From an uncultured Nitrospiraceae bacterium (GTDB taxonomy: Bacteria; Hydrogenedentota; Hydrogenedentia; Hydrogenedentales; SLHB01), in NCBI GenBank assembly GCA_964402555.1, contig CAYOCT010000003.1:125146-189145 (forward strand): 64,000 nt of DNA. Reading direction: 5' to 3'. Every line of letters begins with the position of its first letter. Position 1 is the first letter of the stretch. Made by a program: the position numbers and the translations under genes. Of the stretch, positions 50,915-60,150 are shown one piece after another. A model generated the notes under the pieces. It was not told where the DNA came from. It was given only the letters and a program-made list of their open reading frames with translations, and searched no databases.

Positions 50915-52143
50915 TCATCCGTCTACGCGATTCAAGGTGGGGAAATCGATCGTGGGCGCATGGATCATGTGTTCGACGAGCGTATGGCCATGGACGAGCA
51001 GGATGCCGGTGTCGTGCGCGGCGCGTTCGGAGTACGAGTCGCATGCGTTGGGCTTGACGTCCTCGCCGCACAGGGCGAACGGCACAGGGCCTTGGGCATG
51101 CGTGCGCGTGCCGATCGCGGTGACGTGGTCCGGCGCGACGAGCAGGCGGCAATTGCGGTGTTTCCGGACGTGTTCGAGGACGGGCGCGACGACGTAGGCA
51201 TCGAAGTCTTCGATAGCGCGTATCTTGAGATCGACGCGGCCCTGGTGGCTCGTCTCGTCGGGGGCCTCGACGTGAAGGTAGACGAAGTCGACCTCGCGCA
51301 GGGCTTCGAGCGCGGCGGAGACTTTGCCCTTGTAGTTGGTGTCGAGATAGCCGGTCGCTCCAGGGACTTTGATTACGTTAAGTCCGGCGCAGACGCCGAT
51401 ACCATTGACGAGGTCGACGGCCGAAATCACCGCGCCCGTCAGGTTGAACTTCTGCTTGTACGTGGGCATCGAGGGCGATTGGCCTTGGCCCCAGAGCCAG
51501 ATCGACGTTGCGGGGAGCTTGCCCGCGGCGATGCGCGCGGCATTGACGGGGTGCGCCGCCAGGATGGGCTTCGAGGCCTCCATCATATCAAGGAGCATTT
51601 GCGACGAAGCGCCCTGAGGCAGGTACGGGGCGAAGGCCTGGCCGGTGATATCGTGCGGCGGCGTACAAGGAACCTTGCCGAGTTCGGCGACGGCTTCGGG
51701 CGGCAGCGTGATTATGGTAAGATGGCGGTAGCTTACGCCGGGCGAGAAGAACGCCGGGAATTGTCCGAGGCCCTCGTTGAGCGCCGCGATGAGTTGCGCC
51801 GCTTCTTCGCTGCTGATATGGTCAGCCGTAAAGTCCTGCATGACGCCGTCTTGCAGCGTGACCAAGTTGCAGCGGAAGGCCATCTGGTCCGGCTTGAGCA
51901 GAATGCCCTGGTTGGCGGCCTCGAACGGGGCGCGGCCCGTAAAGGCGGTTGCGGGATCGTAACCGAACAGGGACAGGTTGCCGATATCGCTCCCGGGAGG
52001 AAGTCCTTCCGGGATGGGACAAAACAGGCCACAGACGCCGATGCGATGGAAGGTGTAAATGCGACTTCGATAGGCGTGCGGCCGTCTAATTCGTCAAGCG
52101 GAAAATCGGCCATGCCATCACCAAGAAGGATAATGTACTTCAA
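50915..52143 (-). pseudogene. apgM: cofactor-independent phosphoglycerate mutase, archaeal type (ApgM), interrupted by a +/-1 frameshift near 52040-52050
   Basis: N-terminal part (TTG start, GGAGAAG RBS): MKYIILLGDGMADFPLDELDGRTPIEVAFTP…. C-terminal part in another frame: …GVCGLFCPIPEGLPPGSDIGNLSLFGYDP…MAFRCNLVTLQDG…YLHVEAPDETSHQG…. The frames meet around the TPSIAS / HRIGVCGL junction (top strand ~52039-52055). Confidence 0.7.
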
Positions 52144-52259
52144 AGGACTTCTCCGTGTAGTATGATTAGAACTGCCGTGAGCGAAGATAGCACACGACTT
52201 GAGGGATGTCAAGGAGAGGCGATTTTGCGAAACAAGGGTGCTCAGTCTGATTCATAATT

Positions 52260-52910
52260 ATGAGTAATCATATAATACGTATATTGGAAGGGCTTCCGGC
52301 TTGGGCATTGCTTAGGTCAGAGGCAATCGAAGTGGACGGACGCTGTCTGGAGCGTCTTGTGGCTTACGTAGAGTTGCTCCATGAGTGGAATGCGTTTGCT
52401 TCGCTGATGTCGCGCAACGACCTTGAAGAGAACTTGGGGGCGCATGTCGCGGATTCGCTGAGCCTGCTTCCGGTGATACGCCGCTGCTGCCCCGATCCAG
52501 GGCTGCTTCTTGATATCGGCAGCGGAGGGGGCTTCCCTGCGCTCCCTCTCAAGATGGCCGCGCCGGAGTATGACATGGTATTAGTGGAACGCACCATGAA
52601 GAAAGCGGGGTTCCTTCGGAAGGCGATCGGCGCTATGGGTCTTCAGGGGATCACCGTATTCACGGGGACCTTTCCTGATTGCGCTCGGAGTGTCGAACCG
52701 GACTTGATTACCGCGCGCGCCGTCGAACGACGAGGTGACCTGCACGAACGGATTCTAGACTATCTTCCTGCTGGAAGCACCTTCTTGTGTCCTGCCGAAC
52801 CGCATCCATCGAGTATCCAGCCGATGTTCCACGTGGAACGTGTGGAGGACGAATGGGCGGCAAAGGGATTAAGGCGAGGGGATCTGTTCACCATCACGCG
52901 ATTAGCGTAA
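52260..52910 (+). CDS. rsmG: 16S rRNA (guanine527-N7)-methyltransferase RsmG (GidB)
   Basis: 216 aa. SAM motif LLDIGSGGGFPALPL and overall GidB pattern. Confidence 0.85.
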   Translation: MSNHIIRILEGLPAWALLRSEAIEVDGRCLERLVAYVELLHEWNAFASLMSRNDLEENLGAHVADSLSLLPVIRRCCPDPGLLLDIGSGGGFPALPLKMAAPEYDMVLVERTMKKAGFLRKAIGAMGLQGITVFTGTFPDCARSVEPDLITARAVERRGDLHERILDYLPAGSTFLCPAEPHPSSIQPMFHVERVEDEWAAKGLRRGDLFTITRLA

Positions 52911-53110
52911 TGGCCACAAAGCGCGCAGAGAACACATAAGGCTGAGACTTCGGGCCGGGGTTGGGAAGTCTACAGTACGTTGTGAGGACACTTGGGGGAA
53001 TGGCTAGCCCTGATTGTTCACACGGTGTCTTGACGAAACGAGAACAACACTTGATCGGCGAAAGACTTCTATCTCAGAACTTGGCGTGAACGCTGCAACA
53101 CCTTTGTCTC

Positions 53111-53218
53111 GTGTCATTGCGAGGAGGGGTTCAGCCCGACGAAGCAATCTCCCGGCCTGTTGTGCGCAGAAGAACAGGGGATTGCTTCGTCGGGCTGAAC
53201 CCCTCCTCGCAATGACAC
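53111..53218. repeat. 108-bp perfect-palindrome repeat element (approximately 42-bp arms)
   Basis: GTGTCATTGCGAGGAGGGGTTCAGCCCGACGAAGCAATC…GATTGCTTCGTCGGGCTGAACCCCTCCTCGCAATGACAC. A second copy is at 62352-62459 and a partial arm at ~55557-55600. Confidence 0.85.
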
Positions 53219-54112
53219 CACAGACTTGTGAACAATACGGGCTAGGTGCGCTCTTAACAATCCAGTGCAAAGGTGCCATCCAGAGCCCGGGAAATGCTGC
53301 GTCGACTCTTGGTGTTGGCACTCTCTGTGTCTCTGCGTCTCCGTGTGAAGAGAAGTCTCTTCTGTTCTCACACAAAACACGGGGAGCGATGGATTATAGA
53401 AGGTTGCTTCGCTATGCCGTAAGGAACGAACCCGATGTCTCTTCTATGCACGACACGAAGAAAGACAGGTCAGAAGTCTGGTCTCCGATAGGTCTGAATT
53501 CCTCTGAACACCGGGGGGCGGCCTAGAAATCCTATAATCGGAGGGAAAGAGACAAGAAAGCAATTGGCCCACGCTCATGCGTCAGTATAGGCCATCGGCT
53601 CACAATTGTTGACCCTACACATGAGATGCCTGACAGGACCGCCAAGCCGCTGTGAACGTACAGGGCAGCAGTTCGAGTTATGAAATCATGTTTGAGAGAA
53701 GTCGATGGATGCCGGCCTCTCTGCGAACTCACTATACTCCTTACATGCTTGCGACCAAGAGACGCACTGGACAGTCTAACTCAGGAGGCTATCCGTAAGG
53801 AACCCTCCTAGGGCATTAAGCGGCTACGCTCTTTTGTGATTGTTGTGCGCTCTGTGGCAATTAGGTCTGAACATCTTCAAATCACGTTCCACGTGGAACA
53901 TGAGTTGAATTGCCTCGGGCGGCTGAATCACAAATTGTCAGCGAAATGTCGCTGCTCTATTTTTCTCGTTATATACATATATCCTCTCATCACACATCAC
54001 GTGCTGTCCGCCCTCGATGCTTTGCCAAGCGCTTGAATCGCGATTCAATGCCCGCTACAATTCTACTGACGTTTGGGCGCGAGCGCGGTTGAGGGAGGTC
54101 TTTTCATTCATT

Positions 54113-55366
54113 ATGCCTGAGGTCTTTGGTTTTTGCGGATGGCGATTCGATCCCGCAGTAGTGGGAAGTTTGGATTGCGTGGTCACGCCTCCTTACGATG
54201 TGATCACGCCGGACGACCGCCGTCATCTCGCGAGCCAGAATCCGCATAGTCTCGTGCACCTGATCCTGCCCGAAGAACGCGACGGCTTGAATCGGTACGA
54301 GGCGGCGGCGGACACGCTGCACTCGTGGATGCGCCAAGGCGTGTTGAAGCAAGATGCCGAGCGGTCGTTCTACTTGCTCGAACAATCGTTCACCGATCCT
54401 GAGGGCGTGGCGCTGGTGCGGCGCGGGTTCCTCGGCGTAGTGCGTTTGCCGGAGACAGGCGGGCGCACGATCCTCGGCCACGAGCAGACCTTCCCGAAAA
54501 CGGTCGAGGACCGCTTCCTGCTCACGCAGGCGACGCAAGCCAATCTCGGGCCGGTCTTCGCGTTGTACGCGGATCCCGACGGCGTGCTGACCGCCTTTCT
54601 GAATCAGACTTCCGGACGCGCGCCGGACCTCGAAGCGCGCACGTTTGAAGGCGTCACGCAACGCGTGTGGCGCGTGCCGCATGACGATCGCGTCACGGCG
54701 TTCATGCGGGACCGTCAGTTCTACATCGCCGATGGCCATCACCGTTATGGGACGGCGTGCAGGTATCGCGACCTGATGCACGAGCGCGAATGCCCGGACG
54801 GCGAACGCCTGTACGACTTCGCGCTGATGGGCTTTGTATCGCTCTCGGACCCGGGACTCCGGGTGTATCCGACGCACCGGCTGATTCCGATGCCACGCGA
54901 ATACGACCGCGCGCGGTTCTTTAGACGCCTCGCGAAGTGGTTCGAGGTCGAGCGCGTGGAGTCGGACCTCGAAGCGCGCGTGGAGTCGGAACCGGGCTGT
55001 GCGATCGGCATGGTCATCCATGGCGACGGCGCGCATCTCCTGCGGTTGCTCGACGTCGACCGCGTGGCGCTGCTCGGGTCCGACCGGTCGGCCTCGTGGC
55101 GGGATCTCGATGTGGCGATCCTGCATCGCGGCGTGACGGAACGCTGCCTGGGCCTTCCTGCCGAGACTTCGTTTACCTACGAGCGCGAGGCCGCGAAGGC
55201 GATCGCGGCGGCGGAGCGCGGCGACTCTGGGATGGCGTTCATTCTGAAGGCAACGCGCGCGGATCAGATCCAGGCCTGCGCCGAAGCGGGCGAGGCCATG
55301 CCGCACAAGTCGACGTATTTCTTCCCCAAACTTCCCTCGGGCGCGGCGATCTATCGGCTGGTTTAG
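54113..55366 (+). CDS. DUF1015 family protein
   Basis: MPEVFGFCGWRFDPAVVGSLDCVVTPPYDVITPDD… matches the conserved DUF1015 N-terminus. GAGGGAGG RBS upstream of the internal ATG; the ORF track starts at 54017. Confidence 0.7.
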   Translation: MPEVFGFCGWRFDPAVVGSLDCVVTPPYDVITPDDRRHLASQNPHSLVHLILPEERDGLNRYEAAADTLHSWMRQGVLKQDAERSFYLLEQSFTDPEGVALVRRGFLGVVRLPETGGRTILGHEQTFPKTVEDRFLLTQATQANLGPVFALYADPDGVLTAFLNQTSGRAPDLEARTFEGVTQRVWRVPHDDRVTAFMRDRQFYIADGHHRYGTACRYRDLMHERECPDGERLYDFALMGFVSLSDPGLRVYPTHRLIPMPREYDRARFFRRLAKWFEVERVESDLEARVESEPGCAIGMVIHGDGAHLLRLLDVDRVALLGSDRSASWRDLDVAILHRGVTERCLGLPAETSFTYEREAAKAIAAAERGDSGMAFILKATRADQIQACAEAGEAMPHKSTYFFPKLPSGAAIYRLV

Positions 55367-56030
55367 CTATCGCGACGCGTGGCGTGAGGGAAGGGCCTTA
55401 TCCAACGCAGAGCCGCGGAGAATCGCGGACGTCCGCAGAGGAAGCATTGCGTTAGCCCAGATGGGTCACGCTATGTCTTGATGAGAAGAGGCCAACTCTT
55501 GAACGGAGCCATGCTTCTGTCTCAGGTCCTGGCCCGAACTCAACAACAGCCTAGTCCGTGTCATTGCGAGCGCCGGACCGCCTTTGGCGGCGATTCGTTG
55601 TGGAAAGTGAGACTCCTCGTAAAACCGCGAATGAACGCAAATTGACGCGAATGTGCGACTCTGGCAAGACGATTTAAGGGCAGGACGATTGAGCCCATGC
55701 TGGGTACGCGCGCGTGGTGTCGCTGCAATCTTGGGAGTGCCATTGCCGACACTCTTTCATGGAAGACGAGATTTCCCCTTGTTCATAGTGCAAACATCAA
55801 TTACTTTGTTCGCAGCAGCGGCTTCGGCACGACGTACGGCGCTTAGGATACTCATCGAGAGCTTCTCTAATCTTCCTCTGCGATGCTCTGCGACTCTGCG
55901 TTGGTTTAAGACACGACATAACACGTAGGATATACCTCGTGGAGTAGCGACTTTGATGGTGTCTTAGTTTGCTCGCTGAATGCCGCTAAAAGAGTGGACA
56001 GACACGCTTTTCAAACAGCCAAAACGCGAG

Positions 56031-56993
56031 TCAGTCCCCGTTTTTCGCTGAGTTCCGGCGTTTGGCGGCGACGTAGGCCAAGCCTTGTGCGCCGATGCGG
56101 ACGTCGATGGCAAGCTGATGCTCGGCGCCGTCTTCGAGCGTGACGCCGCAGGCTTCGATGCTTTCGCGGAAGGCGCGTTCGGCCCGGGCCTCGCAGAAGC
56201 GTTGCAGGGCATCGCCTTCGAGGCCGGACGCTTCGGCGTCGTTCAGGATCGCTTCCATGGCGTCGATCGAAGCGAACAACACCTCGGCGCCTTCCCTGAC
56301 CCGTTGCAGTTCGCCGTAATGCGCGAGGTACACGCGCTGGGCGCCGGTATCGAGAATGCGCTGGATGCTTCGCCGGGCCTCGCCAGGATCGAAATCCGTG
56401 GGGGCCGTCGAGTAGAGGATAAACGGCAGGACCGTCGGCCGTTTCGCTTTGTAGTTGACGCCGAAGGTGTCGCCGCTGAACACGCCGTTCGATTTCGAAT
56501 CGTGAATGCAGATGTGATGATTCGCGTGGCCGCGCGTCTGCATGAACGTGAACGTGCGTTCGCCGAACGCGAGCGTCTCGCCATCCTCGACGCCGCGGAC
56601 GCGCGATGCCTCGATGGGCAGGATCGGCGCGTAGAGCCGCTCGAACTCCGCCTCGCCGTAGACGGCCTTCACGCCGGCGATCAGGCGTTCCGGTTCGCAC
56701 AGATGGCGGACGGCGCGCGGGTGGGCGAGGACCGACGCGTTCGGGCAACGTTCGACCAGCGCGGAAGTCCCGCCGCCGTGATCGAGATGGAGATGCGTCG
56801 GGATGACATAGCGAACGGCGGACGGGCCGAGTCCGTAGTGTGCGAGCGCATCGAGCAGGAGCGGCACAGCGTGGACGGTGTTATTGTCGATGAACACGGC
56901 TTCGCCGTTTTCGATGAGCAGATAGGCGGCGGCGTGTTCCGGTTCGAGATACTCGCAGTCGACGGTGACGACGGCAGGGATAGTGGGGGCCAT
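56031..56993 (-). CDS. MBL-fold metallo-hydrolase
   Basis: Metallo-beta-lactamase fold motifs: HLHLDHGGG (HxHxDH), downstream H and D ligands (…HANHHICIH…FSGDT…). Confidence 0.8.
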   Translation of the reverse strand: MAPTIPAVVTVDCEYLEPEHAAAYLLIENGEAVFIDNNTVHAVPLLLDALAHYGLGPSAVRYVIPTHLHLDHGGGTSALVERCPNASVLAHPRAVRHLCEPERLIAGVKAVYGEAEFERLYAPILPIEASRVRGVEDGETLAFGERTFTFMQTRGHANHHICIHDSKSNGVFSGDTFGVNYKAKRPTVLPFILYSTAPTDFDPGEARRSIQRILDTGAQRVYLAHYGELQRVREGAEVLFASIDAMEAILNDAEASGLEGDALQRFCEARAERAFRESIEACGVTLEDGAEHQLAIDVRIGAQGLAYVAAKRRNSAKNGD

Positions 56994-56999
56994 GGGCGC

Positions 57000-57476
57000 T
57001 TACTCCGTTTCTTCGATGATCTTTCGGAACTTCTCGTAGCGGCGCAACGGTTCGAAGCGCGCTTCGTTGCGCAGCAGGTTGCGGACGTTAGGCGATTCGG
57101 TGACGGCGGTTGCAAACGCGTCAATCGCGTCTTCGGCGCGGTCCGGCGCGCACAACGCGAAGAAGTAGCCGAGGTCGATGAACCCGGCTGGATTGCGTGG
57201 CTCAAGTTCCGCGCCGAAACGGAGACGTTCCTCGGCTTCGGCCAGTTTACCCCGCCGCGCGAGGACACCGCCCAGCGCGCGATGCGCCGGGCCGGCGGTC
57301 GGGAGTATCTTGACGCACTCGCGGAACGCGGCCTCCGCCGCGACCATGTTGCCTTCCTGGAGTGCGGCCTGGCCACGGCTCCATCGCTTGAGCAACCGTT
57401 TCGTACGGTACCGCGACCAGCCCCATTGTCCCGCAACGAGGAGGATCAACACTGCCACGCCAAGATATGTCGTCAT
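57000..57476 (-). CDS. membrane-anchored TPR-repeat protein
   Basis: MTTYLGVAVLILLVAGQWGW (TM helix) then TPR-like helices (AEAAFRECVKILPTAGPAHRALGGVLARRGKLAEAEERLRFGAELEPRNPAGFIDLGYFF). Immediately upstream of the MBL gene on the same strand. Confidence 0.65.
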   Translation of the reverse strand: MTTYLGVAVLILLVAGQWGWSRYRTKRLLKRWSRGQAALQEGNMVAAEAAFRECVKILPTAGPAHRALGGVLARRGKLAEAEERLRFGAELEPRNPAGFIDLGYFFALCAPDRAEDAIDAFATAVTESPNVRNLLRNEARFEPLRRYEKFRKIIEETE

Positions 57477-57528
57477 AGCGCGTAATCTTACGCCATCGCA
57501 GGCCTGATCCGAAAACGAACCGCCGCGA

Positions 57529-58962
57529 TCACTTGGACAGGAAGCCTTTCGGGAACGGCTCAGGGTGCTCGTACTTGAAGGGCAGCACATCGGGGAAGAC
57601 GCGGACCGGCGTCGTGAAGGTGAATGGAGCGCCGGTCGCGCCCGGGAACGTCAGCTCCACCATGAACGCGGTCCAGCCCTTTTCCGGTTTCTCGACATGG
57701 CCGACGTACGAGCCGTCGGGCTGGGCGGTTAGGCCGGTCGATTGCCAGATCTTACCGACCTTGTCGATGCGGAAGTCGCGCGCATCGGGATTCGTGGCCT
57801 GCCACAGTTTCACCGCCGTGGGTTTCGAAGGCGTCTCGACACGCGTAGTCGCGTCGTCCGGGAACGACCAGCGATACTCGGGGATCGGCTTGTTCTCCGC
57901 TACGGCGTCGAAGAAAGACTGGACGCTGGCTACGGCGGAGACGTCGAGTCCGTGGCCGGTATTGGGCACCGCGCGCAGATACGTGGGGCCCTTCAGATCG
58001 TTGAGGTAGAATTGCCACGAGTCCGGACAGAAGAACTGATCGCCGCAGGAATGCATGATGAGCTTCGGCATGGTGAGGCGGTCAAGGTAGCTGTACGGTT
58101 CGACGATCTTCATGAGGGCGTCGTATTCCTTCGTGCCCATCCAATCCATTATGTGCATTTCGGTGTAATCGTCGATCGCCTCGGCCCAGAATCCGTAAAC
58201 CGCTTTGTGATGTTCGAACGACGGGACGATGTTGAGCATGTCGATCACAATCGGCACGCACGCGACGACGCGTTTGTCGACGATCGACGTGGTCCAGGTA
58301 GTCCAGCCGCGTTTCGACGCGCCGGTGACCATGAAGTGCTCGACCTTGTGTTTGCCGCCTTGCTTGCTCGCGCAGAATTCCTGGATGGTGTCCATGGCGC
58401 GCACGACCGCCTTCGTCATCGGGAGGCGCAGAGGCCATTCTTCGTCGCCGGTGCGCATGTACTTGTCCCACGTGTAGGCGATGATGGAGTCTTCGGAGCG
58501 CCGTTTGTTGTCGTCGGAGAAGGTGAGGGGTTCGTTGGGAATCTGGCTGACGGACGCGACAATCGCATTCGTGGCGCGGGCGATGTTATTGAGCATCACG
58601 TCGCCGCCCTTCGGGGCCTCGCCACCGTTCTTGCCGCCGTTGATGAGCAACATGGCCGTTTTGCTCTTGACTTTGGCTGGAACCGCGATGGTCATCCAGT
58701 GCGTCCAGATGGGCCGGTCGACCTCGGCGGCGGTGCGCCATTGTTGCGAAGTAAGTTCGATTACGTAGCCGGTCGTGTCCTTGCCCTCGAAGGTGTTGAC
58801 AAGCTTGTAGGCGTAGTTCGCGTCCGGCTTCGCGACGTAGCGGTCGAGCGCGGTCTGGTTCGCGGTTTCGCGGAGATTGTTGGGTGGGGCCGCCAGAGCC
58901 TGCGCGCTAGAGACGACAACGAGGATAAGAAGCAAAACGTTGTAGCGGGTTATCTTCGACAT
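57529..58962 (-). CDS. secreted PhoPQ-activated pathogenicity-related (PqaA-type, alpha/beta-hydrolase-like) family protein
   Basis: Signal peptide MSKITRYNVLLLILVVVSSAQALA with a GGAAGGA RBS. Approximately 475 aa. GxSxG-like GASKRGW and overall similarity to the PhoPQ_related family. The ORF track starts further upstream at 59109. Confidence 0.55.
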   Translation of the reverse strand: MSKITRYNVLLLILVVVSSAQALAAPPNNLRETANQTALDRYVAKPDANYAYKLVNTFEGKDTTGYVIELTSQQWRTAAEVDRPIWTHWMTIAVPAKVKSKTAMLLINGGKNGGEAPKGGDVMLNNIARATNAIVASVSQIPNEPLTFSDDNKRRSEDSIIAYTWDKYMRTGDEEWPLRLPMTKAVVRAMDTIQEFCASKQGGKHKVEHFMVTGASKRGWTTWTTSIVDKRVVACVPIVIDMLNIVPSFEHHKAVYGFWAEAIDDYTEMHIMDWMGTKEYDALMKIVEPYSYLDRLTMPKLIMHSCGDQFFCPDSWQFYLNDLKGPTYLRAVPNTGHGLDVSAVASVQSFFDAVAENKPIPEYRWSFPDDATTRVETPSKPTAVKLWQATNPDARDFRIDKVGKIWQSTGLTAQPDGSYVGHVEKPEKGWTAFMVELTFPGATGAPFTFTTPVRVFPDVLPFKYEHPEPFPKGFLSK

Positions 58963-59081
58963 GTCGAAATCCTTCCGTGTGTTCGTAGACCGACCATTGG
59001 ACGCGCGAAACGCCGATCCAGTTTCCGCGCCGGGAGTACTTTGGCCGCGTTGTGTGTATAGTTCATTAAAGGGACGGGTTA

Positions 59082-59972
59082 ATGCAATCGAAAGGGATCG
59101 ACATGGCAATGCTGAACCGGCGCGATTTCATGAAGCATGCCGCGGGCGCCGCGGCTGTGGCGCTGGCGGCGCCCGGGCTGGCCGCCGAAGAAACCCCGAA
59201 ACTCGCGGCCACGACCTTGCGCACGCTCGGCGGCACAGGGATACGTCCGACGCTGCTGGGCGTGGGGATGGGCGTGAAGGCGTGGGGCGGGCATTCGGAA
59301 CTGACCCGCAAAGGGCATGATACATTCATGGCCGTGCTGCGGCACGGGTACGAAAAGGGGATTCGCTATTTCGACATGGCCGACATGTATGGGGCGCATC
59401 CGTACGTGCGCGAGGCGCTGGACACCTTCATGGATCGCGATAAGGTCGTCCTGTTGACGAAATCCGACGCGCGCGAGCCCGAAGCCTTGCGCGCCGCGGT
59501 CGAACAGTTTCGCAAGGAACTCGGGACCGACCGGCTCGACGTCGTGCTCTTGCACTGCCTGCAAAAGGGGGATTGGCCGGAAACGCTGAAGCCGTGTATG
59601 GACGTGCTGTCGGAGTTCAAAGCGAAGAACGTCATTCGCGCGCACGGGGTCTCGTGCCATCATCTCGATGCGGCCGAACGCGCGGCGGAATCGCCGTGGG
59701 TCGACGTGTTGCTCGAACGGATCAATCCGTACGGTCTCAAGATGGACGGACCGCCGGAGAAGGTCGTGCCCGTGCTGCGCAAAGCGCATGAGAACGGCAA
59801 GGGCGTCGTAGGGATGAAGATCGCCGGCGAAGGGCAATGCGCGGACCGGCTCGTCGAGTCGATGAGGTTCGTGCTCGGCCTGGGGTGCATCGACGCGATG
59901 CCGATCGGGTTCCTGGACCCGTCGGAGATCGACAGCGCGTTCGCGCATATCGAATCGCTCCAGATCGCTTGA
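59082..59972 (+). CDS. aldo/keto reductase with twin-arginine (TAT) signal peptide
   Basis: TAT motif NRRDFMKHAAGAAAVALAAPGLAA. AKR motifs GIRYFDMADMYG, …LDVVLLHC…, …NVIRAHGVSCH. Confidence 0.75.
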   Translation: MQSKGIDMAMLNRRDFMKHAAGAAAVALAAPGLAAEETPKLAATTLRTLGGTGIRPTLLGVGMGVKAWGGHSELTRKGHDTFMAVLRHGYEKGIRYFDMADMYGAHPYVREALDTFMDRDKVVLLTKSDAREPEALRAAVEQFRKELGTDRLDVVLLHCLQKGDWPETLKPCMDVLSEFKAKNVIRAHGVSCHHLDAAERAAESPWVDVLLERINPYGLKMDGPPEKVVPVLRKAHENGKGVVGMKIAGEGQCADRLVESMRFVLGLGCIDAMPIGFLDPSEIDSAFAHIESLQIA

Positions 59973-60030
59973 CCGGGATTCGGCCGCAAGCACAATCGAC
60001 GCAGAGTCCACGAAAGCAAGTGGCGACGAT

Positions 60031-60150
60031 ATGGACTGCGGCGATGCTTCGCCGCTCTGGCTGGGTTGTTCAGGCGCCGCTACGATACCTCATCCAAAGC
60101 GCCGAACAGACGGCGCATTCCATAGAGCGCGTCTTCGAGAGCGCAACCGC
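60031..60150 (+). repeat. REP-type composite element (copy of 42601-42709) including the GCGGCGAtgctTCGCCGC hairpin
   Basis: Direct sequence similarity to the elements flanking the RAYT gene. Lies between the AKR gene and the 3' end of the large membrane-protein gene. Confidence 0.7.

Noticed and set aside
50849-52165. 438-aa plus-strand ORF across the cimA/apgM region
   Set aside because: Antisense to two genes with strong family signatures. No motifs.
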